A stretch of 64,000 nt of DNA from Malacoraja senta. Taxonomy: Eukaryota. The translations under genes were made by a program, and so were the position numbers. The DNA lies in NCBI GenBank assembly GCA_038087875.1, contig CM075977.1:356128001-356192000 (forward strand). The letters are read 5' to 3'. The notes beneath the pieces were generated by a model. It was not told the DNA's origin. It saw nothing but the letters and a program-made list of their open reading frames with translations, and ran no database searches. Positions 26,425 through 38,621 of the stretch are shown here, in pieces. Each line of letters starts with the position of its first letter. Position 1 is the first letter of the stretch.

Positions 26425-27235
26425 AATCATACAGCATGGAAACTGGCCCTTCGGCCAAACTTGTCCATGCCCACCAACATGCTTCATCCACACTAGTCCC
26501 ACCTGCCTGTGTTTGTCCCATGTCCCTCCAAATCTCTCCTATCCATGTACTTGCCCAAATGTCTTCTAAACATTGTGATAGAACCTGCCCCAACTACCTC
26601 CTCCAGCAGCTCGTTCCATATACATACCACCCTTTGTGTAAAAAAGGTTGCCCCTCAGGTTCTTATGAAATCTTCCCCCTTCCCCCTCCCCCACTTTAAA
26701 CCTATGTCCTCTGATTCTTGATTCCTCTACTCTCTCTCGTGCAACTGTAACATGACCTCCCAACTTCTATACTCAATACTCTGACTGATGAAAGCCAATG
26801 TGCCTAAAACCTTCTTGACCACCCTATCTACCTATGATACCTCTCTCAAGGAATTATGTACCTGCACTCCTACATCCCTCTGCACTACAACACACCCCAG
26901 AGCCCAGTTATTCACTGTGTAGATCCTGCCTGTGTTTGACTTCCCAAAATGCAACACCTCACTTATCTGTATTGTCCAAAACAACCTTCCACCATCACCA
27001 TCTGCTTCCTTCCATGAAGCCAAATTTCTATCTAATCAACTAGCTCTCCTTGGGTCCCATGCGATCTAACCTTTCAGAGCAACCTACTATACAGAACCTT
27101 GTCAAATGCCTTGCTGGGATCCATAAATAGATCTACAGCTCCACCCTCAACTACCTTTTTACTCATATAATCAAAAATCTCAGATTTGTGAGACACGATC
27201 TCCCATGTACAAAACCATGCTAACTATCCATAAAG
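26425..27235 (-). mobile_element. CR1 3' fragment with deletions
   Basis: EVLHFGKSN..., SRIRGHRFKV; CR1 3'UTR. Confidence 0.85.
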
Positions 27236-27419
27236 CCTGTAGATTTGTGTCAATCAGAACACCACACAATGGCTCAGGCAAAATCCATGTAAAAATGTAC
27301 AAATCCATGTGGTTAAGATCACAGATGAGCAATGGAATGTCTTCAAAAATGAAATTCATGTGATACAGAGCCTGATCCTGAGGAGAAAGGCCTCTAGAAC
27401 CTGTCATGGAAAAAGTTAA

Positions 27420-27643
27420 GTGTAGGAAAGAACTGCAGATGCGGGTTTAAATCGAAGGTAGACACAAAATGCTGGAGTAACTCAGCGGGTGAGGCAGCAT
27501 CTCTGGAGAGAAGGAATGGGCGACGTTTTGGGTCGAGACCCTTCTTCAGTCTTAAGAATGGTCTCTACCCAAAACGTCGCTCATTCCTTCTCTCCAAAGA
27601 TGCTGACTCACCGGCTGAGTAACTCCAGCATTTAGTGTCTACC
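27420..27643. repeat. Penelope-derived palindrome with two divergent hammerhead-like cores
   Basis: Arms ~27457-27549 and ~27551-27643 are reverse complements; core ctgaagaagggtctcgaccc(g/a)aaacgtc. Confidence 0.8.
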
Positions 27644-27743
27644 TATGGCAAAACCTAATATGGGTGAAAAAGACAGCTGACCAATGAGAAAGGAAATGAG
27701 CCTGAGGGAAGACAGTAAAAAGATGCACATTAGATCCCACATA

Positions 27744-29267
<1,524 letters not shown>

Positions 29268-30331
29268 TATTCGTGAATCATATTTAAAATTCAAGTTCAT
29301 ATTTGAGACATTAACTTGTAAACGTCTTAAAGCCAAATGACTTGAAAAAGAAGCAAGTTGCAGTTGACCAGCATATGTAACTACAGCATGAGTGTCCTTC
29401 GGCAGAACATTTTCTGAATGCAGAAATCATGGGACAACTGATGCAAAGTGCAGCAGAAAATTATAAAAAATAAAGCCGCACAATGGCACAAAAGATTTTG
29501 GAAGAACCTGTCCAATTGGGACACAGTAAACGACAGAATCCTTTGGTATCCATAGATGTTTTAAGAGATCGTTGAATGCAAGTCCATAGATCCCTGGGAG
29601 TGACACCACGTGGAAAGGATGGTAAAGAACGCATGCTTACCTTTATTGGCATGGGCAATTAGTAAAATGTCGGGTTGCATAGGAAATGATATTTTAATCA
29701 GGCAATGCTTGTGTGCTGTTCTGGTCATCTCATTTAAGGAAGAATGTGGAGGATTAGGAGTGGGTGATAAGAGTTTCACCAGGATGTTACGTGGATTACT
29801 GAGTATTTGCTATAAGGAATGGTTGGACAAACTTAGATTGTTTTTATTGAAGCATCAGGGTGACGTAATAGTACATAAAATTATGAGAAGCATTGACCAG
29901 CTAAATAGTGAGTCTGACTCCCCTACTCTTTCGCAACACCCTTTGACATTTCTCTTTGCCAAGTGTATACCATTCCCTTTTGAAAGTTGTCGTTGAACTG
30001 TCCTCAACTCCATATTTGTACAGTCTGATTATAACAGCAGATAAGAACTTGTTCTGTGACAAAATTCTACTCAAAGTTTGATTAATACATTTCTCAAGGC
30101 AATGACCTAGACAGCAACGACACTGAGATTGGCACCAACTTTACGTTTTCCTCACGTGAACAGCTTGGGAGTGATTCAGAGATCCCCAACAGGATATAAT
30201 GTTGCAGAATTCTCCATTGTAATTGAGTGTTGGGGAGTAGAGAGACAATTGTAGTTAAGGAAGGAACTGCAGATGCTGGTTTAAATTGAAGATAGACAGA
30301 ATAAGCTGGAGTAACTCAGCGGGACAGACAA

Positions 30332-32247
30332 CATAGTCCCCCCATTTCAGGGCACCATCATGTTTGGGACACATGGCTTCATAGGTGTTTGTAATTGCTC
30401 AGGTGTATTTAAATGCCTCCTTAATGCAGATATAAGAGAGCTCTCAGCACCTAGTCTTTGCTCCAGTCTTTCCAGCACCTTTGGAAACTTTTATTGCTGT
30501 TTATCAACATGAGGACCAAAAGTGTGCCAATGAAAGTCAAAGAAGCAAGTATGAGACTGAGAAACAAGAATAAAACTGGTAGAGAAATCAGCTAAACCTT
30601 AGCCTTACCAAAATCAACTGTTTGGAACATTATTAAGAAGAAAGAGAGCACTGGTGAGCAAAGCGACTGGCAGGCCAAGGAAGTCCTCCACAGCTGATGA
30701 CAAAAGAATTCTATCTATAATAAAGAAAAATCCCCAAACACCTGTCCGACAGATCAGAAACACTCTTCAGGAGTCAGGTGTGGATTTGTCAATGACCACT
30801 GTCCGCAGAAGACTTCATGAACAGAAATACTGACTCTACACTGCAAGATGCAAACCACTGCTTAGCCGCAAAAATAGGATGGCCGGGTTACAGTTTGCCA
30901 AGAAGTACTTAAAAGAGCAATCACAGTTGGTGGGAGTGTTATGGCCTGGGCATGTATGGCTGCTGAAGGTACTTGCTTATTTATCGTCATTGATGATATA
31001 ACTGCTGATGGTAGTAGCATAATGAATTCTGAAGTGTATAGACACATCCTATCTGCTCAAGTTCAAACAAATGCCTCAAAACTCATTGGCTGGCGGTTCA
31101 TTCTACAGCAAGACAATTATCCCAAACAAACTGCTAAAGCAACAAAGGAGTTTTATCAAAGCTAAGAAATGGTCAATTCTTGAGTGGCCAAGTCAATCAC
31201 CTGATCTGAACCCAATTGAGCACGACCTTTATATGCTGAAGAGAAAACTGAAGGGGACTAGCCCCCAAAACAAGCATAAGCTAAAGATGGCTGCAATACA
31301 GGCCTGGCAGAGCATCACCAGAGAAGACACCCAGCAACTGGTGATGTCTATGAATTGCCGACTTCATGCAAAGGATATTCAACAAAATACTAAACATGAC
31401 TTCCGTATTTCCCGGCGTCCAAGACGCTATTTTTTAGTCTAAAATAAGGCCCGAAAATTTTCCTGCATCTTGGAGGTCGATGGTTAGGCCGAGCAATGCC
31501 ACTCTCGTAGCGACTGCTCCTCATAACCTGCCACGCCTTCGACCCTGGAACTGTGTGAAGTGGGAAGCGGCTGTAAAAGGACAGCGCCACTGGGGGGGGG
31601 GGTGGGGGGAAGAGTTCCTTTCCACAGCGTGTGGGGAGTCTGGCCTGGGTCAACACGGCCAGGGCTACACAAAGTAGTAAACTTGGCTGGGCCGCCAGGG
31701 GTAAAGTTGCGGGGAGGGCAGGAGCGTTGAAAAGGCAAGGGTCGGAGATCATGCCAGCAACTCAGTCACTCACTGCTGCCGCGGAGCCACCACATTGTGG
31801 CCGGCGAGGGAAATAGCTCAGGTGGCTGCGAGCAGCCGCCGGGTCTGGACAGCGGAACCGGCCACCACCTCAGCGCCTTTTGCCGGCCGGCCCGCCAGCT
31901 AGCCAGACAGACATGATGTCCTTCGGCACAGGCGCAATCGGTGGAGGTGGTTGGGTGCGTCTTCGACACATGTGCATCTTCATTGCCGGGAAATACGGTA
32001 CTTTCATTTGCATTACATTGCTGTGTCCCAAACATTATGGTGCCCAGAAATGGGGGGGACTTATGTATAAACACAGCTGTAATTACTACATGGTGAAACC
32101 AAAATGTATAAAAATACCCCTTAATAAAATCTGACAATGTGCACTTTAACCACATGTGATTTTTTCTATTACAAATCTCAAATTGTGGAGTACAGAGGCA
32201 AATAAATAAATGATGGGTCTTTGTCCCAAACATTATGTGGGGCACAG
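30332..32247 (+). mobile_element. Second-family Tc1-like transposon, left TIR truncated, internally deleted
   Basis: MAWACMAA, QQDNYPK, WPSQSPDLNPIEH; right TIR ends gtcccaaacattatgtggggcacag|ta. Confidence 0.9.
31403..31998. mobile_element. Tc1/mariner-pogo-type MITE nested in Tc1
   Basis: 14-bp perfect TIR ccgtatttcccggc/gccgggaaatacgg; TA on the right, TT on the left; GC-rich interior. Confidence 0.8.
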
Positions 32248-33199
32248 TATAATTGCTTATTTATCTATGCACATATTTTCTCTGGATTCGGGTGATTTTC
32301 TTCCTATCACCAATGAAATATTAAAGAGAAGTTGGCTTTGCACTACCAACTTAGCTATACTTGAACTTATTATCTTGTTTAGTTCATCTGTGTGAGGTAT
32401 TATGAATGCCGTGATCTCAGTCGTACATAATTATATTTTCTTGCAAGCCTGAAAACATAGTTAAATGAGTTTTTTTTAAACAATATGTCTTGAATTTGAT
32501 TGGTGTTTAATTCGAGATAACAGGTTTCCAATTCCTTCATTTATTTATCTTTATATAAATAAATATCCCAATTATATGTTACATTTTTTGCATGTTTCAG
32601 AAGTGTTGTTTGGAATCCAGAAATATTAATTGCACTAAGTGTGTGAAGGATATTATGTTGTATTTAAAACACATTCAGTTCGAATGTGTATCTTGGATAA
32701 TAAGTTACATCTGGTGATTATTGTGATTGATTGCTGCAGTAAAGTTCTTGCTGGAATGTGGGCTGTTGTGTTGCTGCCTTAGGACTGACATAATTCCTTC
32801 CTTACCTTAGGCACTTCTGTAGAACTACCTTTGCCTGCAAGATATATGTAGCACCTAACTTTTTTGGAAAAACCTCTCTTTAATCTTTTGAAGTAATTTG
32901 TTTTATAATCATGACACAGTTTTGACTTGATTTTTGGAAAATAATGTTAGAAATACACGATCAGCCTCTGGACTGTTTAAACAAAGCTTGTGTATGAAGT
33001 TCAAAATCCACTCACTGAAGAAACGGGTTTGTGCCTGTTACTTCAATCTTTTTATCCTGGCCCCTATCTCCCATTCCCTAACTTTCATTTTATCGTATTG
33101 GGTTGAGCAGATCTTACTGTGCTGCTGCTTTACTGGGCTATTTTCTTTTTGTTCTAAAGATCCATATTTGACATTTCCGTCCTCCCTAATTCGCATTCT

Positions 33200-34000
33200 T
33201 GGTGAGTCCAAAATGCTGATTGTTGACTTCAGGCAGGGAAGGCTGAGGGTCCATGCAACCAATGTCATTGGTGAGACTACAGTGAAGAGAGTCAACAGCT
33301 TCAAGTTCCTGGGTGTACACATTTCTGATACTTTTCCTGGGCTCAGCACATTGATGGATTCACCAATGCCACTACTTCCTCAGACGTTTGAGGAGATTCA
33401 GCATGTCACTAAATACTCAATTAAATTCTGCAGGTTCACAGTGGAAAGCATGCTAACTGATGGCTTCATGGCCTAGTTCAGAAATTTGAATGCTCAAGAT
33501 CGAAGAAGGCTGCAGTAGGTTTTGGACATTACCTGGTCCATCATGGGCCAATCTCCACCTGACCTCCCCACCATCAAAGATATCAACAGGAAGCGCTGCT
33601 TTAAGTATCCAGCTAATATCATTGAATACCCACACCACCCTGACTACACTCTCTTCTTGCTCCTTCTATTGGGATGAAGGTACAGGAGCCAAACAGCCAG
33701 TACCGCCAGGTTCAGAACAGCTCCCTCCAGCAGGTTCTTGAACCACCCTGCACAACCCTAACCATAATCCTTCCTTGTCATCGAACTACTATGGACTTTG
33801 CACCACTTGTGGTTGCTCTAGCAACTATGGTTTTTATACCATCATGGTCTCATTTGCTTAAAATAACTGGTAATTTATTGTGTTTTGTTTTGTTGTTGCA
33901 TCTAATGTATCTGAAAAACGATAGCAACTAAGAATGTAATTATTCCGGTTCATATCCAGTGCATTTGACAAATAAACACTCTTGACTAATGATTCTTGAC
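33200..34000 (+). mobile_element. Degraded Rex1/Babar 3' fragment
   Basis: IVDFR...[15 protein letters not shown]...FCRFTVESMLT; tail aaacactcttgac. Confidence 0.8.
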
Positions 34001-34054
34001 ATTCTCAATGTTAAAATCAAAACACAGGTTACAGTTTCCTGTTAAACAATATGC

Positions 34055-34281
34055 TGTAGCGGTGCCTGCCGGCATACGCAGAGATCGAACCCGCCGTTCG
34101 GAAGCCGCGGTCACGTGATTCGGGAGGGGCCGTTGTTTTCGCGCTGTCTTCACTTGCGCGTGTTAGTTCAGCGCTGACCACCGTTGTGGGCAGACGTGTC
34201 TGAAGAACCTGTAATCGGGAAATTGGATTTTCGAATAAAGATCTGTTGAAAAACCCAGTTGTCGTTCCTTAGACCGCCAAA
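34055..34281 (+). repeat. 5' LTR
   Basis: TGTAGCGGT...AATAAA...ACCGCCAAA; last 52 bp repeated at 36108-36159. Confidence 0.85.
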
Positions 34282-34282
34282 T

Positions 34283-34295
34283 TGGTGACCCCGAC
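34283..34295 (+). promoter_or_regulatory. Primer binding site, tRNA-Trp
   Basis: TGGTGACCCCGAC is complementary to the 3' end of eukaryotic tRNA-Trp. Confidence 0.85.
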
Positions 34296-34325
34296 CTGTC
34301 TAGCCGTCGTTAGACAAGAAGAATT

Positions 34326-35072
34326 ATGCAGGAAGAGAGTGTTCCCGCAGAATCGGCCAGCACGAGGCAGGGCTCACCGGTCTTCAAACTCCCAGCCTTT
34401 TGGCCTGATCAACCTCAGGTGTGGTTCGCCCATGTTGAGGCACAGTTCCACCTTCATCGCATCGTGACAGACGACACAATGTATTTCCATGTGGTGGGGG
34501 CTTTGCCGCAGGACTGTGCCTCGAGGTTGTTGCCTTACATCAGGGACCCGCCGTCAATCGGCAAATACGAAGGGCTGAAGGCCCTGTTGTTCCACGCTTA
34601 CGGTCTCAGCTGCAGAGACAGGGCAGCGAGGCTGCTGCACATGGACTGTGTTGGCGATCGACGGCCATCCACCATCATGGCGAAGATGTTAGCCCTGATG
34701 GACGGGCACCGCCCATGCTTACTTTTCGAACAGGTGTTCCTGGAGCAGATGCCTGACGAAGTCCAGCTAATGCTCGCCGGAGCCAATTTCAGCGACCCGC
34801 GACAACTCGCGGAGAGAGCTGATGAACTGTGGGCGCACAGGCGGCGGGACGTGTTTGCTTTCGCCCGCCCCCTGGTCACACAACGGGTGCAGCCGAACCG
34901 ACATCGAGGAGAGGAGGAAGAAGCCCAGCCCAGCGCCGAAGAAGAATCGCCGCGGCCAGTGGTCTACAGACAACGCAGATGGTGCTACTACCACCAATGA
35001 TACGGACCCGAAGCCCGAAGATGCTGGAGCCCCTGTTCGTTTCCGGGAAACTCCCCGGCCTATCGTCCATAG
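34326..35072 (+). pseudogene. gag: Gypsy gag with a premature stop in the zinc knuckle
   Basis: KLPAFWPDQPQVWFAHVEAQF...WCYYHQ*YGPEARRCWSPC; natural stop just after the slippery site. Confidence 0.85.
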
Positions 35073-36112
35073 AGGCGAATGCGATTGGCACAAACGAACG
35101 CCTCTATGTCCGCGATCGCCATTCCGGCCACCGTTTCCTGGTGGACTCCGGTGCCCATGCCAGTATCCTGCCTCCGAGCGCCCGAGATATTCACGTCGGT
35201 AAGGTAGGACCCGTCCTCTCGGCTGTTAACGGGAGCGATATTCGCACGTACGGTACGCGGACCGCGAACCTAAATTTCGACTCCCGCCAGTACAGGTGGA
35301 AGTTTATCGTTGCTGACGTCGCCCAACCGATCCTGGGGGCCGATTTCTTGTGCGCATTCTCCTTGTTAGTCGATGTGCGAGGTGGAAGCATGGTCCCTGT
35401 GACGGACTCATGCCCTGCCAAGCTGCGCAATCCGTCAACACCCCTACAGCAATTCGACGAGGTAGCTGAGATCCAGCAACCTTTTTCAGCCCTGCTCGCC
35501 GACTTCCCTGGGTTGCTCATGCCCCGGTTCGACGGAGACGTGCACCGTCATGGCGTGGTCCACCACATTCTCACCGAGGGCCCGCCCCATAAACTGCGCA
35601 TCGCACGAGACGAGTTCCAGCTTATGGAGGACCTAGGGATCGTCCGGCGGTCGGATAGCCCCTGGGCTTCCCCGTTACACACGGTGCCCAAAGCGTCCGG
35701 GGGTTGGAGACCTTGCGGTGATTACAGGCGATTGAACGCGGTAACCACAGCCGATCGGTACCCAGTCCCGAACATCCAGGATTTCTCGGCCCATCTGGAA
35801 GGTGCGACCTTCTTCTCGAAGGTTGACCTTATTCGCGGGTATAATCAAATCCCGGTTCACCCCGACGATGTCCCCAAAACGGCCACCATTCCCCCTTTCG
35901 GCCTCTTTGAATGGCTCAGAATGCCTTTTGGTTTGAAGAACGCTGCTCAGGCGTTCCAAAGGCTAATGGATCAGGTCGGTCGGGTTTGCCGTTCATTTTC
36001 ATCTACCTGGATGATATCCTGGTAGCCAGCAGCTCACAGGCGGAGCATGTCAGGCACCTCCGCCTTCTCTTCGAACAGCTGCGCAAACACGGGTTGGTGA
36101 TCAACCCTTCGA
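35045..36112 (+). pseudogene. pol: Gypsy pol (protease plus RT), truncated
   Basis: FLVDSGA, ILGADFL, SPWASP, WRPCGDYRRLN, RMPFGLKNA, frameshifted YLDD; ends at GLVINPS. Confidence 0.92.
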
Positions 36113-36930
36113 ATAAAGATCTGTTGAAAAACCCAGTTGTAGTTCCTTAGACTGCCAAAATGTTCAAAAAACGTGTCAAAGGAAACTGGCAACAGCAAAG
36201 TTAAAGAAAGGTCAGGTATAATTTGGTCAATCAAGAAGAAGGGAGCGTGTGTGGTTTTTTTGGTGTTATAAACGTGGGAATTGTCAGATTTGGGAGTATG
36301 AAGTTCCATAATGTTAAATTCATGGCAAACAATGCACAAAATGGTGTGATTTATTCCACTCAGATATAGCTAGTAAAAAAACAGCATTGTGTCATTAATT
36401 TTTTCATCAACTTTGTCTTTTGATGTCTTCAGCAAAACAAGCAAAGTGTACACTGCTGTTCAGGTGGCATTTGTGGAGAGGTAAGCAACTGTGCTGAAAG
36501 GTCATTGATCTGACACTTTAACTTTCTCTCCGCAGATGCTGCCTCGCCTGCTGAGTGTTTCCAGCTGCTTTGATTTCAAATGTCATTATTTTTCTGGTGT
36601 GCAGTTGTGGAAACAGGCGCAACCTTTTTGCCTGATCATTCTGTCGATAGAACATTGGCCTGTGATGTTCTAGGTCGCAAAGTAGTTCCATTTTGTGTTG
36701 TGCAGAAAGTAGAAAGATATTACAATAGATACCAGTGCTCATTGATGATGAAAAGAGAAAAACAAGCACTTGTCATCAAGTGAGTATTGCTGGATAATGT
36801 ACTTAGAAGGACAGAATTTGACTAGGCTACAAAGACTTCCTTGGTGAATGGCCTGCAGATATTGTACTTGCGGATACAGAATGACAATTTGTATTGAGTG
36901 CCTAATGGAATCTGGCTGCAATACAACTAT

Positions 36931-37325
36931 TGTCGGGGCGGCCCAGCCCGAGGCTGAAGACGGCACGGAACTCACGTGAGGGTGGCTGGGACGGGGTTCT
37001 GGCGGTGGTGGCCTGAGTCCGGGGTTCGGCCGCGGGCCAGCGGCTGCGTCTGCAGGACTGGTGGGCGGCAGCTTTGAGCCGCGGGACTGATTTATAACAT
37101 CGCCCGGGGGGTATCGCCTCAGCGCAGAGGGAGAAGAGGAGGGAAGAGACTGCAGACCTAAGACTTTTGCCTCCATCACAGTGAGGAGATGCTGGGTGGA
37201 CTCACTGTGGTGGATGTTAATATGTGTTTATTGTTGTTTTTATTGTATTATATGTATGACTGCTGCAATTTCGTCCAGACTTCGGTCTGAATGACAATAA
37301 AGGCATATCTATCTATCTATCTATA
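36931..37325 (+). mobile_element. 5'-truncated copy of the 4733-5618 element
   Basis: Reverse complement of ~4755-5135; AATAAA plus (CTAT)n tail. Confidence 0.85.
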
Positions 37326-37564
37326 TACTGCTTTAAGAGAGGGTAAAATAAAATTGGGATGAAGAAATTCATAATCTAGCCGTAACGTCCCTAGAATTAA
37401 CAACACCAATCCAAAATCCTTGCCTGCCACAGGTTAGAAACTGCCCCTGCTTAAATTTTATATTTCTAATAATCATGTTATTTTAGTTAATTTGGTGCAC
37501 TGTTATTTATCTTTAATTGGATTCATGTTGATTAAATTTACTGAGATCATTTACTGAAATTTAT

Positions 37565-37740
37565 TGAGGCTGGGACTATCCCAGCAGATAAGAAACAGTT
37601 AGACAGGTACATGAATAGGACAAGTTTGGAGGGATATGGACCAAACGCAGGCAGGTGGGACTAGTGTAGCTGGGACATGTTGGCGGTGTGGGCAAGTTGG
37701 GCTGAAGGGCCTGTTTCCACACTATCAGTCTATGACTCTA
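37565..37740 (+). mobile_element. CR1 3' end
   Basis: Matches 18103-18281. Confidence 0.85.
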
Positions 37741-38214
37741 ATCAAAATACTAGGAGTAGCTAATCTTAAATTTGTAGAATAATTTAAGTGGATTGTAAAT
37801 CTGTTTGTAACTTGAGCAAATTACGTAAAGATCCGAATATAATAGAGACATAATGAACTACAGCGATGGAGTGAATTTCTGAGTATTGAAGTTAATTTAA
37901 AACAAATAAAAAACTCTTGACATATTGAGTCTGTCAAGCAGTTATTCACATGGACCAAAATGATTCTGTAAGCACTTAAGTAAGTATTTTTGCAGGTGTT
38001 TGTTGGAGAAGAGAGAAATTTGACAATATTAATCCACCAGGACCTACTAATGATCAACAGTAAGGGTGATACAGATGGTGCAAAAATACATTTTGCATAC
38101 ACAACTATCTTGTGATTTTTCAAACTGATCACAGTTTGTGACTATCATTACATTTGGAAGTAATGTGAAATTGGCTCTTGCTTAGTCAGTGGTTCACATA
38201 TTAACTACGATTGT

Positions 38215-38380
38215 TGAAGATAGACACAAAAATCTGGAGTAACTCAGCAGGTCAGACAGCATCTCTGGAGAAAAAGAACAGGTGACATTTTGGGCCGAGG
38301 CCCTTCTGCAAACTGGGAGTCGGGGAAAGGGAAACGAGGGCAGGAGAAAGGTCATGACCCAAAACATCACCTATTCCTTT
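38215..38380. repeat. Penelope-derived repeat
   Basis: gaagatagacacaaaa..ctggagtaactcagc...ggtgacattttggg. Confidence 0.7.
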
Positions 38381-38621
38381 ATACATAGTCCCCCCATTTC
38401 AGGGCACCATAATGTTTAGGACACAGCAATGTCATGTAAACACTGCTGTAATCTCTACATGGTGAAACCAAAATATATATAAATGGCCTTTATTAAAATC
38501 TGACAATGTGCACTTTAACCACATGTGATTTTTTTTTTTCAACTACAAATCTCAAATTGTGGAGTACAGAGGCAAATAAATAAATGATGAGTCTTTGTCC
38601 CAAACATTACGGAGGGCACTG
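38381..38621 (+). mobile_element. Solo right TIR of the second Tc1 family with its inner ~60 bp inverted
   Basis: 38440-38621 matches 32070-32247; 38381-38440 is the reverse complement of ~32005-32068. Confidence 0.75.

Larger units (their letters stand above)
34055..36159 (+). mobile_element. Gypsy LTR retrotransposon, internally deleted
   Basis: 5' LTR 34055-34281, PBS, gag, PR-RT, partial 3' LTR 36108-36159; flanks atgc/atgt as a probable 4-bp TSD. Confidence 0.95.

Noticed and set aside
36580-38132. Short ORFs flanking the 36931 element as possible viral or gene fossil
   Set aside because: No motif support; stops occur in all extended frames
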